The notes beneath the pieces were generated by a model, which was given only the letters and a program-made list of their open reading frames with translations, was not told where the DNA came from and did not search any database. From assembly GCA_040954595.2 (NCBI GenBank), contig CM082588.2, positions 4,900,156 to 4,964,155 on the forward strand: 64,000 nucleotides of DNA, written 5' to 3'. The stretch comes from Balanoglossus misakiensis. Taxonomy: Eukaryota > Animalia > Hemichordata. This document shows positions 39,201 through 52,409 of the stretch, in pieces. Each line of letters opens with the position of its first letter. The first letter of the stretch is position 1. The translations under genes were made by a program, and so were the position numbers.

Positions 39201-42200
39201 TGCATCTGATTGACTGTATATGGTATTGCACTCACTACAAAAAGCCACCTCTCATCTATAAACCTGTATATTTGTATGCACGGCCATGCACCGTACACTC
39301 TCCGGCCTGAAGCTGCTTTCTCTTTAAAAGTAATCCTTTAATTCAGTCTTCTGTTGAACTTCCTTGTAAGACTCATTTGTCATCCCTGAAGGGTTTATAT
39401 CATGCACAAATCACTCTCTTCCAGAGTGATCCACAAATTTTTTCCTCACCTTTTTTTTCAAGGAATATTTGAGATAAAATATGCCCTTCACTGTGCGGTA
39501 TTTCAGAAACACTGTCCTTCCACTTTTAATAATGGAGTCAAACCTGTCTATAATGGCCAGTCAAGGGATTTTCCAAAACAAGCCCTTACATGTATACACA
39601 GAGTCATAATTTTCCAGGAAGCCTGCAGAATTCATCACACATTATGATCTAATTTTTTCTCCCATACAATTCATCCTTTTTTATCCATAAGTAATGAAAT
39701 GTATCTTACCTTTGAAAAATCAATATTAATAACTTTGAAGTCGTACTGTGGAGGTCTGTTGACTGCATACTGTCTGAAATTCAAAATAAGAAACAAATTA
39801 ATTTCTGTAAACCACAACAGTGCTATTGTTGCTTGAACAGAAACAACTGGCACGGTGCTGGATGTAATGAGCACTTACTCTTCCTCAGCATCGTTCTGGA
39901 ATAGATTGATCCGGAATCCCTTGTCCCTCTTCGTTTCAGCCTCTTTCCCGATACTGCCCATCAGATGCGCTAGAAGGTTCAACTCGGCCTTTGCAAGTGG
40001 GTTGGGGTTATTGCTGTCCTGTGGTGTTAGGAGAGAAAGTTTCACATTAGAAGGTTACATGAATGACAAACTGTCATATATTGCAAAATGCATACTAAAG
40101 CAATGAAATATAACTGAGTTAGTTTTTAATGTTAACTATATTACCCTCGTTACCAGGGCACTACTATTTTTATAATGTGCAGTTTAAAGCGCATAGCTCG
40201 TCTCACACGCATGTTCCAACTGTAGCCGCTGGTTACAGATGTTTAGTGAACAGTCAATCCCATAAGGCAGTGCTCTGTCCTAACAACAGAGAAGATGGTG
40301 GCGACCATAATCTGTTTCGGAGATGAACTTAAGGAGACACTCGCATCCCAGTTGCTGCAAGATGTGAACAAAAAACATGGCCGACTTACCACATCGGATG
40401 ACGCCGAGGCTCCCTTCTGCCTACTGCTGGAGATCTGTGTTTCGACTGGTCTGGACACGTTGTACATGTTGGTGCCTAGCTTCGTCACCCGATCGCCCTT
40501 CATGTCGAAGGAGCCCTCCCTCAGCGAGGCCATGTACTTGCCGGTTACAGGGAATTCTTTTGAGGTGACTTGAGAGCCGTTTGTGAAATACCTGGAGGGA
40601 AGAAATCACCAAGGAGGTACGTGAAGCAGAGTTGGCCAGAAATAACAGCTGATACCTTACATTGTGTCGAGAGAAAGATATCTGAAGCAAGCTACATACA
40701 TTATGATTTTGCAACAAAGTGGGCATTTTCACTGACTATGCAACTGATTGAAAATGACAATATACTTCATTATTTTATTCTTGAAATATGTTGAATCCTT
40801 GCATATGAAAGTGATGTGTGCAAAATTTGGAACTTGCCTTATCGTTCCGGGAATGTCTGAACCGTACGGAACAGGACCGTTTCCAGGGAGAGCAAATCTA
40901 CCATTGGAATTCTGTACTTTGTCTTTTAGGAATATCGACACCTGGAAAAAAATGAACAACACAACAATCACATTATCAGTGCTGTCACCAACTGTTGATA
41001 TCTGGTTCATGGTTTCTATTCACATTATTTTATTTCAAGACAAGAAGTGGATGATTACTGATCTGCCTTACCCTGATGTGCATATCTTCGAAGAATTCTA
41101 ACAATGTCTGTCGGATAATCTGAAATTCACCAGCTGGAAGGGATGCATAGTGCTGTCGAGAGAAGGAACACATGAAGTTGATTTTTCAATAAGACAATTT
41201 CATTATCAAAAGTTCTTTAAACTTGTTACATGATTTTTATTGCATTTAAATATTGGTAAGACATATTATGGTACAGAAATCAGGCAAATACCAAGTCTTA
41301 CAATTCTCTGGCAAATGTGTAAGCCTTTTGTACTTTTTGTCAATTTTGGAGGGGACAGGTACTTTCTGATGCGGCTTCTCAAATCTCCCTGTCATGGCTT
41401 TCTCTTTTTTTTTGTGGGAGAAGAGAAAATGATGACTTGTTTACCTGTATGAGGAGTCTGTAGACGTTATCAACCTGCCCTTTGATTGGTGGAGAGTCTT
41501 CAACAAAGACTCGGATAGCATCCATGTGGTTGAACGTGACAAGAAGTAGGTCGGACGGTCTGAGACACAGGGATACTTGGTACTTGAAAGCCATTGTCAT
41601 GAGATCATAGAGCTGCAGAAGAAAAGAAAGTATGTGTGTATCAGATACATGTAGGCTGTGGGAAGGTTGCTGGCTCTTAGAGCAAAGTTGAGATTTACAA
41701 TGTAGACAATCACTGATTTTCAATGGGTAGCCATATGAAAAAGAAGTCCCACCACAAGTTCTAAATTAGAACACTCAGACATGCCATTTTATTCATAGAT
41801 GAGGCAATGTAAATTACCGTAGAGGCGACTGTGTACATTTACGTGTTGTGCAGTAACCGTAGTCACACTATGACATTTAGTTTTGACGAGCAAGTAAAAA
41901 TGATCTTTGCAATATCTTCAGGTGACTCCTGGCTGGGGTATACCATGCATGCATGGTTCTATACATGTCTGTCTCAGATATGAGTAGTGTCATCAATATT
42001 TTGACAAACTGAATTAATAATTGATGGCAGGATGGGATTATCGAATCTGATAAACTTCTCTCCCTTTCTCGACAGTCTGCATGGCGGGTTCAAACGATGG
42101 CATGAATGTTATCTTTACCCAGTGTAAACTAAATCATTTATGAATACCACTATGGGAATCAGGCTATTCAAGTTTTGCTGTGTTTGCTATACATGTGTGT

Positions 42201-45200
42201 ATAAATTATCCTCATGTTACTGAGATAGGTTTCAGGATTTGTTTATGTGGGATTGTGATTTGCCTGTGAACTGACAGATTGATGTGTAACATGGGGTGGG
42301 GGGGGGGGGAGGAAGAGAGGATTTTGGCTTTTAAAATTCACTGACTTGTCGGGAAAGAGAAAACGAATTCTTTCCCTGAGATTTCTTAGAATTTAGAGAT
42401 TTCTGCAGAATTCAGATATATTGGTACACGCTGTTTGTAAATTTTATAGATACAGGTAAATACACACATTCTGCTCACTGATGATTGCTTATAAAGGTCT
42501 GAGGAGATATCCCGCATTTCGCTGGAGTAAACAAATCATCTAAAGGCAACTGAGACGTCTGGAGAAAACTCGGGGCTAAAAGTGATTACCGAGGAAATCT
42601 TTGTAAGATCTTGCTAATTGGCCAGGCAGCCTACTTGGCGGCCATTACGGATCCTCAGCAAACCGAGACTGATTAGATTTGTTTCTATGTTTGCTGACTT
42701 GATGACATCATTACTGCGTGTGTTCCGCTCGAGCTGCGTTTATCTTTACAGACACTTACACCTCAACTACTGGTCGACCTTTTCTAAAATCTCTCTTGAC
42801 ATTTCACCAAAAATTTGACACATGTCCCACATCTTTCTTGCAGAATATGCTCAAATCATTTTCTTCTTTTTTTTCAGAGCTCTTCAGAAATCTTGGAAAG
42901 AGTCTGCTATCAGGTGCACAGACTCCACATATAAGACTGCCCTTTTCCTTTCTTACCTTGTCCATACTCGCTGTGTTTAATCTCATGATAGATGCATGCG
43001 CTAGTCTGTCAAAGACGGTTCTCATGGCTTTCTTGGAGTATGCTTCCTGGGGTTTGAACAACTCGTCCATAAATCTTTTGTTGAACATAGTTCCAATGAT
43101 GTCATGCATCACTGTGGAGAGAGAAAGAGAGAGAGAGATGAGAAAATTAGTCTGTCGTTCAAACTGCTAATGTCACGCATCCCACTAGAAAGTGTCATTT
43201 TGAGTTTCATTTCTAAATTAATTTACATCCAATGGTAATTCTACCCTTTCATTTTATAATAACATCATTTGAATCATACAACCTGGCAACTGTTTTTGCA
43301 GGGAACTAAAAATACAGGCCTTTACTCAACAGAGACATCTTTCACGTTTTTGATCGAAATACTCTCTTCCCCGAGTGCACTTACTGTACAACAATCAATC
43401 AAAGCAAACCCTCACTTGAACCCTGCGACCTAATTGCCTTGTGCACGTACAGCGTTATCCTTTCAGGAAAATCACGGCACACCTTTTGACCATCGATACA
43501 TCCAATCTTCCATTGTCAAACACTCTATTTATATTCCACATAAGTACCGCAAAATTGTCATTACTCCACATCGACAGTGTCGGGCTCTCAACACTTTCAC
43601 CCTCCATTTTGATGTAACTAAGTCAATCCGCAGCTACATGGATTGTAAATGATGGGATTTAACCAACATACTTTAGGGGGGGATTTCACTGCAGGTAAAA
43701 AAAACACATCCACTGCATCTGAAAGGCCTAATGCATCAGGGTACATGTAACTTGTCTTAATTCACAAGATTAAAAGGTTTGCTGATAGCTTCGTACTGCA
43801 GGGTTTAGTCGTCTAATGGACTGCCTTTGCGGCCTTACACTGCTGTGCACGATACCAGAATTCTCTGTATGGAACGCTCTGTGGGATATATCCAGTGAAG
43901 CTTATTATTCTAAAAGGTTTGCAGAAAAAATGGGACGCTCGCTATTAGCGAGTACATACGTTTACCATTAAATCCTTCACTTAGTCTGTCGAAGTCATAA
44001 TTCAGTTTAATAACAGAAAAATGAATGCATTGAAAAAGAGACAAAAGTGTGCAAATATTATGCATACACACATGAACAAGTAATGCACATGTTTGTGTGT
44101 GTATATCACATGGTTAAATCTTTGCTTGTCTGATGCTCATCCTTCGGTATCACCTTTTCAAAATACATCTAACGACGGCAGAATTTTGTGCTCATTGCAA
44201 TACACGTACGTGAACAACGCTCCACGGAGCACACCAGATCTGATTTATAGAGAATTCATGTGTTGTAATGTCCCCAAGGGCTCACACAGAGCTCCTCGTC
44301 TGTTTACTTGTAACTATGGTAACGGGAGACTACTTGTGCCTTGCCTTGATTGGATCCAGATGGGATGCGATGCCCCGAAGCATTTGTGAAACTTCAGTTG
44401 GATTTCCTCAATAAAAGTCACAACTCTCACGTACATGTAATATAACTTGTCTTCCCTAAAGAAATAACAAAATCTATATCGTCCAAAATTCTGAACCAAT
44501 ACACATACTGGTACATGTACATGTAGAATGTAAATCAAATTTAATGTCATAACAATTTACGTAGCAAAGTACTCTTTGAAAAGGCCACTGAAATGCACCC
44601 TGGAATAACCAGGAAAAGGATCATCTATTACCACAGTGCAAGCGATCCCGGAATATTGTGTCTCATTATCCATGAAATTTAAATGGATATAATCTTCCGG
44701 ATATGAAAAAAAAACAGGCATCCATGCCCAAAGTATCTATATAACTGATTTGTGTCTAGAATGGTCTTTTTAGAACTGTATCATGTTACATTTGTACATT
44801 TTATTTTACCTGTTTGATAGATGTAATGGATCTGAAGCAGCTGGTTCCTCCATTGCAATATCTTTGCCATAATTTTACACATACATTTGAAACTGTCCGT
44901 ATATGCATATTTTGAGCAAATGAAAATCCATTTATAGATTTACATGGTTAAATGTTTATTTACAGGAAATCCATACCAAGTTTGACAATAATTTAACAGC
45001 AAACTAAAAAGATGTTGCAGTTTTCTACCCCTCTACTCTTTCCATTCTTTATGTACTTTTAATTAAAACCCTGTCAAAGACACATTGCAAGCTTTTGCAA
45101 CAGAACCCATTATGCAAGTGAATGCACTGCCCAGGTTTATAGCCGCAATACATTCATCAATTATGCATATCAATTCCAGTTGCAATTTATTTCACTTAAA

Positions 45201-48200
45201 AACCTTATTGTAGAAGTGAGATCTGTGTCATACGGATGACGGACAACAATGCTTGGTCCATATGTTCAAATTGTGTGTGATGTGAATCAATACATTCAGT
45301 GTAAGTTTCGATATTGGTAAATTGCAGCTCAGGTCTCTCAGAGTCCATTTCATCATGCCATAATTTGAAAGGTCGGTCAATTCCAGACAATCAACCAGTT
45401 GCACTTGTGGTAATATCACAATGTCTCTTTAACCCTTTCACCACCATGGTTTGGTCCAAACCCATTGTTTTCTATGGTAAAGTTGTACCACTATGGAGAG
45501 AACTGGGGGTGAAAGGGTGCAGGACCAAGAGCGTACATGTACTGCTGCAATTTAGATCATTGGTGTGTGTCTGACACTGGGAAGTATATAATGAAACCAA
45601 CAATTCTACAGTGCCACAGTTCTGCAATCCTTTTCTGCAGAACTTGTACCAGATCATGTATGTTTCACAGACGCGAATTGCGAGAACTTCTGCTAAAGGG
45701 GTCACATGACCCTGATACAGTATACCCACGTCCCTTGCTATGTTCACTGTTGAGTTAACACTACCTACAACCTGAGCCCAGCGGGTTGCAATGTTTTACA
45801 CACTCTGAGAATTCAGATCAACAGACACTCACACATATATATATTCAACACAGATTGCAATGCTGTTCAGTTTCTGGTAGTGGTACATGTATATTTCACA
45901 CTTAAAATTTATATACAAACAAATGAAACCTTATTTCTCACACACCAGAACATGCATGGTTTTAATACATCTCCAAAATACATTGTAGCATCTGTAGATG
46001 GACCCTGAACTGCATAGTCACAGCAACATGTGTAAAAAGCTCTACGGCTTTGATTTGTTACATCATCTGAAGTAGTTTTGTCAACACCAGTATATCCAAA
46101 TGCAAACTTTCAATTCCCCACACTAACTGGTTTTGTGTTTCGACCTCTTGATCTAACCAAGGGCAATGACGAAGCAAAATGAGTCAAAATGGAGTGGAGA
46201 ATTGAGAAAATATTCAATATCGGCAGATCTTTTTTCAACAATTCCTTCCATCACAAAAACATGCATGTAGCACTTTTCATGTAACCAACCCACGGGCACG
46301 TTACTTAAAAAAAATTATCTTTCCATTGCACCTTTAGCATTTCAAGTTGTATTAAATATAATCACTTCGTAAATTGTAAGCGCAGAACCTGTGCAGTGTT
46401 ACTTTCTGATGAGGCCAAATTTTTAATATTCTTTGAAAGCCTGTGAAATGTCAGATGTGAGTGCAGTCTATAGAACTTAATTGTACCTCCCCTGTCTATA
46501 CAGTTCCCTACTATTTTCAGCCTGTAATTTTCTGTTGTCATGGTTACCCGTTAAAATTGATTACTGTGCGAGAGAGGGGGTCAAGGTGGATTGCTGTGGG
46601 TCAACAAGTTGCCACAGTGTTTGGTTGCCATGGTGACTTAGCAGCTCTTCTCCATGGCAACTGGTTTCTGTGACAATGGCCCTTTCACGTACAGGTACTG
46701 TAAGTGAGATCATTTGACAATGTGCACGTGTATTTGGTCGTTTCAAATTCACCCCTCTCCTTTATTGCAAATACATGTATCTCCGCTATGCACCCCAGGG
46801 GACAGATTTATACAGAAATGAAAATTCGTCAGCTCTGCTCATTCAGAGTGCCTCCACATATTTGCATTCAATTTCACAGGCGTAACAAACCCTCAAGAAT
46901 TTGTTTGCCAATTTTTTTTTCACCTGCAAATTGTGAGTGGGTGGTCCTGCTTAAAATTGCAAATATTGCCTTTAAGTTGAAGTAAATTGGTCACAAACAT
47001 TTGTCGCGACTATTCCAATTTGTATTTTTATATTCCAACATGTTAGCCTTACGGTAAACAGTCTTACAACAGCAACATCACAATTAATTGAGCTAACAAT
47101 ATTAAATCAATGCAGCGTGTGCGAATACTATCTGCAAAAGCAATATTTGATTAATCTCACTGCAGATATTATTATAACTAATTCATAATTGCAATGACTG
47201 TCGGAACTAGAAAATAAACTATATAAAGTAATGTGTCCCTGCAGATACACAATTTAAATATTTATGATGAACTGAATTAAATTTTTTGTAATCTTTCAAC
47301 CAGAATATTTCATGCCAGTTTGATGAAAATAGCCAAGGGCACGTCTCTTACGGGAGTTCTAATCGATGGGAAATATGCCAGTAATATACATAGAGCTGGA
47401 ATTTCAAAGCTCCAGAACCAATCAGAATCGTTGTATTAAAAGCCCTCCCCGCGAAGAAATTCAGAAAATCAAAATCTTCTTAGAACCTTATATGGATCTC
47501 AAGAAAAAAAGCAACTGGCAAGAGAAATCTATTTCTGCTTAGCAACTGAACAGCGTAACCAAGTAGGACATGGATTACTGAGCAGTGTGGATATTGATCA
47601 AAAAGCCATTTTCTTTTGAATACGATTAAAGATCTAGTTTCAGCCTTAGGTTATTCACGTGCATTTTTCTTTTGTAGTGTGTGATTATTATGCCATTGAC
47701 ATGAAGCTCCTGTACTGGAACATTCATTTATTTGAGTTGTTTCTTTAAAGTATGTAGATTATGATTATGCAATGGACATAATATTTTTGTTGGTCAAATT
47801 ATTATTTAATACATGTACAAGGTCAATGGTAGATGCTTTTGAGTAATCTTCATTTGATTTTTTGACATACGCGTTAGCGAAAAATTCCATTTAATAGCTT
47901 AAAATTCTAAACGGTAGCTCATTGAAGATGGGTGTACATTGAGCATCATGCACCAGGGCAGTGAGTGGGCGGGGCGTTCATTTCATACAACGATGAAATC
48001 GACACGTCCACTCTTACTGCCCAAAACCCCTGCCAGTTTTGTTTCTTTGCACACACTCACAGCGATGAATGCGAGTTTGACGCAGTTTGGCAGACAACGT
48101 GACATTGAACCATGGTGTTGACAACCCGGCGATCATCGACATGTCACTTGAGAAGGACCCCCATTGACAGCAGTGCCAGTCAATATCGCCGCCTGTACTT

Positions 48201-48497
48201 CGCCGGTTCAGTCAAAATTTCCAATAAGGATTACGATCTACATTAGCAACTGTAACAAAACTGTGCATGTGTGATTGACAAAGAGACCCCAGTTTCTGAA
48301 ATACATGTACCTCTGATTGCTGCCATCATCATTGATCATCGATCTGTATGTACGATCCAAAACAACCACCTCACACTTGACTTACCCTTTCTGGATTTGT
48401 CTACAGGTATGTTTTGGGCTCGAAGCCTCTGATCCAAGATGTACAGCATCTCTCCCCCGAGGTTTATAAAAAGCAGCGGCAGCGTTCTCAGCGACAT
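36256..48497 (-). CDS. OSCP1: OSCP1 (organic solute carrier partner 1), 379 aa; exons 48497-48386, 43111-42957, 41612-41445, 41152-41072, 40941-40838, 40591-40390, 40018-39879, 39773-39710, 36369-36256
   Basis: MSLRTLPLLFINLGGEMLYILDQRLRAQNI; FDRLAHASIMRLNTASMDKLYDLMTMAFKYQV; GDRVTKLGTNMY; C-terminal SKGDDLLELMD; 1140 nt with compatible phases; intron 5 needs a GC donor. Confidence 0.95.
45433..45517. mobile_element. ~85-bp MITE-like element with CCCTTTCACC terminal inverted repeats, TTAA on the left (piggyBac-type inference)
   Basis: ttaa-ccctttcacc...ggtgaaaggg; related fragments at 28570 and 35190. Confidence 0.65.
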
Positions 48498-49566
48498 CGT
48501 TGAAGTGGTTGAATGAACCGATGCTGGTGTGGACTCAGTGGTTGGACCTCACGCCCCGTAATGACAGACTAGCAGCAGCTGAAGATCTCCGTCGGCGTTC
48601 GTCGCGAAGAAAAATCCAATATGGCGACCCACATGAGCGAAATCACGCCAACTCTCGTTTCCCTGTCGCTCGCCCTGTGGCCGCTGGGGGCGAACAGCAA
48701 TGAGACGCCGGCAACTTCAGAATTTTGGCCCTCTCTGCGATTGTTCTCTCAACGAACGTCCTATATCGACCAAATTTCCTTGTAAATAATTTCCTTTAAA
48801 TAGATATTCAATTCAGAAGTATTGACTAAGCGTTTGTTGGTCAGTTTCACGGGTTTCTTGTATACGCAGAGACACGCATGGTGGTGTTAAGTCGTTAGTT
48901 TATTCACGTCGGAAATACCGTGTGACATAAAATGTCACTCAAAGAAGAATAGTTTGAAATGTCCGTTCACGAGTACAAATGTACGGTTACATCATGATAG
49001 TGCTGTAAGACTGTTACACGCAAGAACACCGCAAGTTGTATCTCAAAAGTAAAGGGTTCGGCAAAGTTCTTGACTATATTTTTTTGTAAATGTATCAATC
49101 TCTTGAGTACGGCACAGTGTCTGCCTAAATGATGTAAGACTGGTAAACATTGAGTAACACGAATCTCAGTGCTTTCAAAGTTACAAAATATGACGAAAAG
49201 TAAAAGAAAACACTCTTGAATAAATTTAAAATTCTTGAATCTTATTAGACTTAAGTTTGGATGACTATCATTTTGGGCGTGCATTACTTTTAATTATTCG
49301 GAGCCTAACATAACTGAAAAAATTCTTAATATTGAAGCTGGGATATCTGATAAAAAGGTTCGTTGTGATTTCATCGCTTATCTTGTTTTTGGCATGGATA
49401 AATTCACGGTAACAACACGATCAATATTATTAAGATTATTCAAATCCAAATACACTTTCATCTGTGTAAATATTTTGGTAATAGTCACTTTGGTTATGTA
49501 GTGAATTATGTAGTAAATTTCAAACCTGGGATAGGGATCACATATACATACATGTTGCTTTGGTCG

Positions 49567-51756
49567 TTAAGCCGGATATTTTCCGCCCTTTCTCGGTTTG
49601 TCTGGTTTTGCATACATTTCATCGAGTGTTTTGTTTGCTGTTGGCCCGCTGCTATCCGTGGCATACGCATGTGCAGTGACTTTTCCAGGCCGTTGAGCAC
49701 CTCTTGTAGTCTCGCGACTGTTCACCCCTTTCGATTGTCCACCTTCTTCGTTCGTCTCGCTGGCATTGTCCACATTTGGCCTTCCGACCTTTTCATCTCC
49801 ATGTCGTTGTCGTGAATCAACCATAGCCCTTCCATCAAACGTCTCGTATTCCTCACCTGCGCGGTAGGATGGGTTGAAAATAGCGGTGCCGTCAGCACTT
49901 TCGTAGGCTATGTTCTCCCGCGAGTACAAAGCAAGGTCATCAACACTTTCATACGCTATATTCTCTGTAGAATACGCGCTTGGGTCAGCCTCGGGTGTTT
50001 TGCTTTTGATTGCCGTACTCTCTGTATCAGTGACAGTTTCAGGTCGTTGGTGATCTACATTCCCCTGGTCACTGAGCTCTGACAATTGTTCGCCCTCATA
50101 ATTTATTATGTTGGCTTCGTCTGCGTTTTGATTTGAGGCAAATTCTTCCCCTTTCCCTTGATCTCCTGAACGTGAACTCACCACAACTTCCCTACTGAAC
50201 GCCTCGTATTCATTACCTACATGGCTTGCACCTACTGAAGTCCCATATGCACCTTCGTAGGCTATGTTCTCACGAGAATACAAGACATGGCCATCGGCGC
50301 TTTCTTGCGGCAAATTCGCTCCAGAATCCGCGTTTTGGTCCGATTGGCTCGGAGTTGCCATGATGTTTACTTGGATATGTTGGTTCAGTACAACTTCAGT
50401 ATTTCCTCGTGGGGTTTTTCTCTGTCTAGATTTTAGGATGCAGACGACCAAAATTGTGACGATCAACAGAATTAAAAGACCAAGTCCACCAGCGGCTGAG
50501 GCAATGATCAGTGTATTATTATCATTAGTCATCGAATTTCCGCCCATGGTCACAGTTGTTTCAGTGTGGTCATTTCTATTCCCCGTCACATGCTGCAGTG
50601 TAGTGTGCTTAATTGAGACCATGGAAGAATCTTTGTATGCTGACCAATCAGTTGATATTGGCAATTTTGTTGTAGTTGGTGTTGATTTTGAGTGTGGTGT
50701 TGCTATGTTGACCAACAAAAACCCCGATGCAGTTCTGGAACTGAAACCGTAATCCACAACACACTTAACAGTAACATTGTATTGGCATGCTGTGTTTTCG
50801 TCCATGCAGGTGAAATCACTGAACTGTAAGGAGGAATTGTTTGTCATATATTGAACTTGAAAATTCTCAGCGTTGTCTATTTCCCATCGATAAACAGTGA
50901 CCCCGTACTCTCTAGAACTTTGGCAAGATACAGTCACCACAAGGCCGTGGAAATTTATTTCAGTTACTTCCGGGTAGATCTTTACAGTAGGGTCGTCATA
51001 CACAGTAATGGGTCCCAATGTACAGAATTTGTTATCTTGTCCCGACTGTGACAGACGACAACTATACTCTGTCCCATTTTCTTCAACTGACAAATCCAAT
51101 ATATAGTCATGAATTGGATACACGTCAAAACTGAGGCCAGGTTGAACCCAGGTGCTCAGTGTTGTATCGTTGTTTCGCGTCCAAAATAACAGGACAGCTG
51201 GTTTTCCGGGATCAGACCGACACCTCAATGTAACGCTGTCTCCTTTGAAGTATTCATGTGCGTTACCGTGGAAACGTATTCCATTCACAGTGTGGTCACA
51301 AATAGGGTATTGTTGTCTTGGAATGACTCTGGTGTTAACAACTACCTCAGTTGATTCAATAACAGCACTATTGCCCGTCATTACCTTACACTGATAGCGA
51401 CCACTGTCTTTATACGCCTGCAGGGCTGAGAACGGCTGTATTTGCAGATTGTATGTGCCCACAATGCGGTATCGTATATGGTCAATCAACTCAGCTACTG
51501 ATTCGTCAGTACTTATTCTGCCATTTTCACTTATTGGCAAATTGTTCTTAAACCACGACACCTTCTGACCCGCCTCTAAGTTACTCACTTCGCATCGCAG
51601 GTAGATAGAGGAAGTTGACTCGGATCCATAGACCAGCGTTGTAGTAGAGCTGCTGGGCTGCACATCAAAAGTTGGAGTTGACTTGACAGACCCCAGTATC
51701 ATACCGCAGTACAAATACCTGATCCATGTATGGACGCTAGTGTGTCTAGGATGCAT
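49567..51756 (-). CDS. Single-exon 3-Ig receptor with a long tail carrying repeated YSxENIAYE motifs, about 729 aa
   Basis: ORF 49567..51894; start MHPRHTSVHTWIRYLYCGMILGSV shared with paralog; Ig motifs YLRC..VSW..DSGRYQC, LRCRSDPGKP..W..YSC, VSC..YRW..VKC; TM IIASAAGGLGLLILLIVTILVVCIL. Confidence 0.9.
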   Translation of the reverse strand: MHPRHTSVHTWIRYLYCGMILGSVKSTPTFDVQPSSSTTTLVYGSESTSSIYLRCEVSNLEAGQKVSWFKNNLPISENGRISTDESVAELIDHIRYRIVGTYNLQIQPFSALQAYKDSGRYQCKVMTGNSAVIESTEVVVNTRVIPRQQYPICDHTVNGIRFHGNAHEYFKGDSVTLRCRSDPGKPAVLLFWTRNNDTTLSTWVQPGLSFDVYPIHDYILDLSVEENGTEYSCRLSQSGQDNKFCTLGPITVYDDPTVKIYPEVTEINFHGLVVTVSCQSSREYGVTVYRWEIDNAENFQVQYMTNNSSLQFSDFTCMDENTACQYNVTVKCVVDYGFSSRTASGFLLVNIATPHSKSTPTTTKLPISTDWSAYKDSSMVSIKHTTLQHVTGNRNDHTETTVTMGGNSMTNDNNTLIIASAAGGLGLLILLIVTILVVCILKSRQRKTPRGNTEVVLNQHIQVNIMATPSQSDQNADSGANLPQESADGHVLYSRENIAYEGAYGTSVGASHVGNEYEAFSREVVVSSRSGDQGKGEEFASNQNADEANIINYEGEQLSELSDQGNVDHQRPETVTDTESTAIKSKTPEADPSAYSTENIAYESVDDLALYSRENIAYESADGTAIFNPSYRAGEEYETFDGRAMVDSRQRHGDEKVGRPNVDNASETNEEGGQSKGVNSRETTRGAQRPGKVTAHAYATDSSGPTANKTLDEMYAKPDKPRKGGKYPA

Positions 51757-51866
51757 TCTGCAGTGTATAATCTCCTCTGTGTATGAGCCAACACCGTGAA
51801 AGTTCCAGAACATGGCATATACGTGTTGATGGTGCCAAATACCTGGTAGCTTCGGGTTTATGAGGT

Positions 51867-51880
51867 CACTTTTACTTCCG
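51867..51880 (-). promoter_or_regulatory. ETS site / ETS-IRF composite-like motif CGGAAGTAAAAGTG just 5' of a putative 5'-UTR intron (51842-51758); identical copy near 54214-54226
   Basis: Motif and cag|gtattt..ctgcag|aATG arrangement conserved in both duplicated receptors; one mismatch from GGAAnnGAAA. Confidence 0.35.
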
Positions 51881-52409
51881 TGAACCGGGTACACAATAGT
51901 CTATTAAAGGTCACAAAACCATAGATATGTAGATTGGAGTTATTCAACTCTCACGGCAAACTTTATTGTTTGAAAGCGAGTCGCTAAAAATAACAGCATA
52001 CCAGTTACACGCGACCAATTGAATTGTTGGCTGATAGTTGGTAACTTTCACCATTGCCTGTCAATTTTGGTAAGTGGTCAACGCAAGGGTTCGTCAGATT
52101 TCATCAGCTGTTGTTGTATGATTGACAGTAACCTTCTTGCATGTCCCGGTCGGTCGGATGGATTAAAAGATGAGCTTTTCGCTTCCTTCCTTTGTCATGA
52201 TCGCACAGTGAATTCAGTGAATAACTAAAACTAGTGCATATGCGGTGTAGCTGTTCAAATCCGCAGTGCAATTTGAAGATCAGAAATCTCTAGGATAATA
52301 TTAAAACAGAGAAAATCTATCACAACAAAATCTAGCCCGATTTTGGATATTAATCTGCAAAACTCTATAATATTTTCATTCGGGCCTACACAGTTTCCTG
52401 CTTAAATCA

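Noticed and set aside
36370-39709. Additional OSCP1 exons or a nested gene in the last intron
   Set aside because: Candidate acceptors checked gave early stops; no recognisable product, and the 379-aa model is already complete.
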